This document shows positions 58,964 to 61,740 of a DNA stretch of 61,740 nt, piece after piece. The stretch's first letter is position 1. Every line of letters begins with the position of its first letter. The stretch lies in the NCBI GenBank assembly GCA_015523565.1, contig WAKA01000202.1, positions 1 through 61,740 of the forward strand, given 5' to 3'. Position numbers and translations under genes: made by a program. The notes beneath the pieces were generated by a model, which was given only the letters and a program-made list of their open reading frames with translations, did no database searches and had not been told where the DNA came from. This stretch comes from Candidatus Heimdallarchaeota archaeon (GTDB taxonomy: Archaea > Asgardarchaeota > Heimdallarchaeia > Heimdallarchaeales > Kariarchaeaceae).

Positions 58964-59776
58964 ATGGATGAAACTGCCATGTTCTTGGACACAAGACAAA
59001 CAAAGCAGGATGACAAAAATTCCCGACCAAAACCACGACTTGGCCGAAGAGAAAGCGAACCGCATTCAGACGAGATAAACTACCTCTACGATGTCCTTTC
59101 ATCTAATTTCCCAAAAGACCGGGTGTTATGGGATCTTCATCATTATTTCACCATTGCTGGAGAATTGATTGACATAGTTTTTGACATCTCCTATTTCAAG
59201 GATTTTCAATTGCCTTTCAGGATATCCTCCTATAATGCACAAAAATATGGCAACCGTGTCCCCACCATGGCAATCAACATCCTATCTGCATCAACATTTA
59301 AAAACGACCTTGGTATCATCCTTGAACAATGCCAAAGATTGAAAATACCAGTATATGTCATGTTTAGCGATCACCTCCAGGCACCAAGCTATGTAAAGGC
59401 TCCTATGCTAAAAATATATTATCTAGAGGGAAACCAATACCACACAGCAGAAACAAGGGATATTTGTTGCAGGGAAGGGGAGGAACCAGCCCCATCAAAA
59501 CTCATTGATGTCCTTCCAGATGTCTTACCCTTCAAATTCGGGATCATGGAACGAAATGAAAGGTATTTGAAAGACACAGTATCTCCACTGTACTTCCTTG
59601 CATTGGTTGACAGGGTCACTGGCAAACTTCTGCTCACCCGAAGGCAGAAAGCAGAAAAAAGAGCCGATGAAGAGAAGAGAAGGGCTGATGAGGAAAAGAG
59701 AAGAGCGGACGAACTGCAGAAAAAACTTGAAATGCTGGAAAAAGGGCAATGGTCTGATAAACAACAAACAAGATAG
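58964..59776 (+). CDS. Uma2/DUF820-like PD-(D/E)xK-fold protein with C-terminal coiled-coil repeats
   Basis: ESEPH, FDISYF, P.MAINILS.ST...D, LKIPVY..F, then EKRRADE repeats. Confidence 0.65.
   Translation: MDETAMFLDTRQTKQDDKNSRPKPRLGRRESEPHSDEINYLYDVLSSNFPKDRVLWDLHHYFTIAGELIDIVFDISYFKDFQLPFRISSYNAQKYGNRVPTMAINILSASTFKNDLGIILEQCQRLKIPVYVMFSDHLQAPSYVKAPMLKIYYLEGNQYHTAETRDICCREGEEPAPSKLIDVLPDVLPFKFGIMERNERYLKDTVSPLYFLALVDRVTGKLLLTRRQKAEKRADEEKRRADEEKRRADELQKKLEMLEKGQWSDKQQTR
59654..59714 (+). repeat. Degenerate tandem coding repeat EKR(R)ADE x3
   Basis: EKRADE-EKRRADE-EKRRADE with synonymous divergence between units. Confidence 0.8.
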
Positions 59777-59956
59777 AAATGGTGTTCATCCCTTCTAAAT
59801 CAGTCATGGTGGCGCGAACTCTTACTTTATTCTTCCTGCATTCCCCTAAAATTATGAAATTAGAACGCTTATTTTTGCACCGCTAAAAAAAATACTCTTA
59901 TGTTCCATCGAAACTCTCTATCTTTATAAACTTAATTTATAACAAATGAACATCAA

Positions 59957-60241
59957 ATGATTGAATCAAGGAATGAAGAAATAAATCCATCTGAAATCTC
60001 TCTTTTACCTGTATTTTTGGCGTTGAAAGAATATCGACAATCTGAAGTCACTGAAAAAAAACTTGTTGAAATAATCGAAAATTCAGAAATTAATGAAGGT
60101 CATAAGAATTTTGTTATTGCAAATATCGATGATTTTATTGAATTCTGTCTGAATTGGGGGATCCTTCATGAAATCGGCTATCACTACAAAATAAACTGGG
60201 ATAATCTTCTCATGCAGATTTCTTTGGAGGATGTTGATTGA
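59957..60241 (+). CDS. Small hypothetical protein, possible winged helix, coupled to HD gene
   Basis: 94 aa; its TGA overlaps the TTG start of the next gene (TTGA). Confidence 0.7.
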   Translation: MIESRNEEINPSEISLLPVFLALKEYRQSEVTEKKLVEIIENSEINEGHKNFVIANIDDFIEFCLNWGILHEIGYHYKINWDNLLMQISLEDVD

Positions 60242-61740
60242 AGGAATACCTCATCAAAGATACAATTCATGGTAACATTGCAATTTCATTAATTGAAAAA
60301 CAAGTAATTGATCATCCCTATTTTCAAAGATTAAGAAACATCTCTCAACTTGGAATGGCGTCAATGGTTTATCCAACTGCAAATCATACACGATTTGAAC
60401 ATTCTCTTGGTGTAATGTATGTTGTTTCTAAAATGTTTGATGCTGTGCTTTCCTCATGTTCCCTCGATTTTTTAGAACTTTGGTTTGATGATTTAGCAAC
60501 TTACCTCATTAAACAATATGGTTTTAAATTCAACGATCTTGAAGGGCGAATTGCTGAAACCATTAGACAAAACTTAAGGCTAGCTGCTCTCCTGCATGAT
60601 GTTGGGCACCTTCCAAAATCACATAGCTTTGAAGAAGGATTCCAATATTTTGTATCAAAGCAAGATAAATTAAAAAAATATAAAACAAATCATGAAACTG
60701 TTGGACACAAAATTATTGAAAAACACTTTTCATTTCTTGATCAATCTAATGACAGCAATTTAACTATAAGCACTAAATTAATAATTGATATTCTCTCAAT
60801 TGAAAAGCATGAATGGAATCAACTAGATCAGAGACAAAATCATGTTTTATGTGGATTGAAAGATTTTGTTTCTGGAAATGTGGACGGGGATCGACTTGAT
60901 TATGTATTGCGAGATGCATATTACACAGTCCGTTCAGGATCCTATGATCTTGAACGATTAATCTCAAACCTTGAAATCAGAAAAATACATGGGTGTTATC
61001 GTCTAGTTTTCAAAAAAAAAGCAATTTCCAGTCTTAATGGTTTTTTCCTCTTCAGGTATCGTCTTTATCAGGAAGTCTACCACCATGCAATTATTAATCT
61101 ATATGACATCATCTTTGAAACCTTCGTTGACTACAAACTCACAACTCTTGCGAAAACAAATAAAAGGCAGATTGTTGATCTCTGTAGAAAAATAATTGAT
61201 GGGTATTTAATCGACAAAAAACTTAAATCCACTCATTCCTCTCTTATTTTCAATAATAACCTTCCGTTAGACGATTCAACTTGGATGACCTCACTAGCTC
61301 TCCTTATATTTGATTCAACTAAAACAAAACCATTTGTTGATCCCACTGCCTATATCAATGACCCCGAAATTCTGTTTAAATCGTTTTCTGATCGGAATTA
61401 TAAACCCATTTCTCTTTGGAAGGACTATCCTGCCTTTAAAAAAGTCATCCTAAATCCAATTGAAGAGTACATAAAAACAAAAAATCCGCGTTTCTTTGAT
61501 GAGCAACCCTTGAAAATAGATGAAGATCAAAACGATTTCAACATTATTTTAAACCAAATTCAAACCCTGTTCCTTCAAAATTATCCCAATTTTGACAGGA
61601 TGAAAAAATATTTGCTTGAGCAAATTGCAATCAGGTTATTTGGAACAACAAAATTAAAACATAAATTATCAATCACAATAACTGATATCTACCAAGAACT
61701 CAAGAAAAACAAAATCTTTATTAAAAATATTCTGCTGGCC
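60238..61740 (+). CDS. Second SAMHD1/dNTPase-like HD phosphohydrolase (runs off the window; absent from the ORF track)
   Basis: Manual translation: MKEYLIKDTIHG...FQRLRNISQLG...YPTANHTRFEHSLG...LLHDVGHLPKSH...DGDRLDYVLRD; no stop seen before the window end. Confidence 0.9.
   Translation, partial: MKEYLIKDTIHGNIAISLIEKQVIDHPYFQRLRNISQLGMASMVYPTANHTRFEHSLGVMYVVSKMFDAVLSSCSLDFLELWFDDLATYLIKQYGFKFNDLEGRIAETIRQNLRLAALLHDVGHLPKSHSFEEGFQYFVSKQDKLKKYKTNHETVGHKIIEKHFSFLDQSNDSNLTISTKLIIDILSIEKHEWNQLDQRQNHVLCGLKDFVSGNVDGDRLDYVLRDAYYTVRSGSYDLERLISNLEIRKIHGCYRLVFKKKAISSLNGFFLFRYRLYQEVYHHAIINLYDIIFETFVDYKLTTLAKTNKRQIVDLCRKIIDGYLIDKKLKSTHSSLIFNNNLPLDDSTWMTSLALLIFDSTKTKPFVDPTAYINDPEILFKSFSDRNYKPISLWKDYPAFKKVILNPIEEYIKTKNPRFFDEQPLKIDEDQNDFNIILNQIQTLFLQNYPNFDRMKKYLLEQIAIRLFGTTKLKHKLSITITDIYQELKKNKIFIKNILLA

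Noticed and set aside
308-59798. Numerous 60-210 aa antisense or alternate-frame ORFs inside recognised genes
   Set aside because: Shadow ORFs of well-supported genes, without motifs
1-61740. CRISPR array, transposase, integrase, rRNA, or Sec/Pyl readthrough
   Set aside because: No spaced direct repeats, recombinase or transposase motifs, rRNA-like tracts or enzymes truncated at an in-frame TGA/TAG were seen by eye

Overview
Gene-dense, AT-rich archaeal chromosomal window. Asgard/Heimdallarchaeia-like affinity is an inference from the archaeal ribosomal proteins, RpoL, PolD, Hef and Rpp29, together with an MCP, a longin/uDENN-like protein and large C-terminally anchored surface proteins. Metabolic genes: tRNA-Leu(CAG), glyA, gcvH/PA/PB, pepA, a KamA-like radical SAM enzyme and an acyl-CoA (HBD/crotonase/thiolase/DUF35) cluster. 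DNA genes: a 1662-aa Lhr helicase with a downstream partner resembling its C-terminal region, class II RNR (nrdJ), Hef, and PolD large subunit with a LAGLIDADG intein. Translation genes: a split S3-to-L5 ribosomal block, rpl34e-cmk and tRNA-modifying enzymes. Best leads: (1) a cassette of a small ~95-aa ORF plus a long SAMHD1-like HD dNTPase, present twice, once directly behind nrdJ, with the second HD gene missing from the ORF track; (2) a structured ~115-nt leader with its own TATA box before rps17; (3) the Lhr/partner pair; (4) an EMC3/TMCO1-family insertase fused to a large extracytoplasmic domain, next to an anchored beta-propeller; (5) a probable CUG start for rps3. All family calls come from motif recognition by eye; no searches were run.
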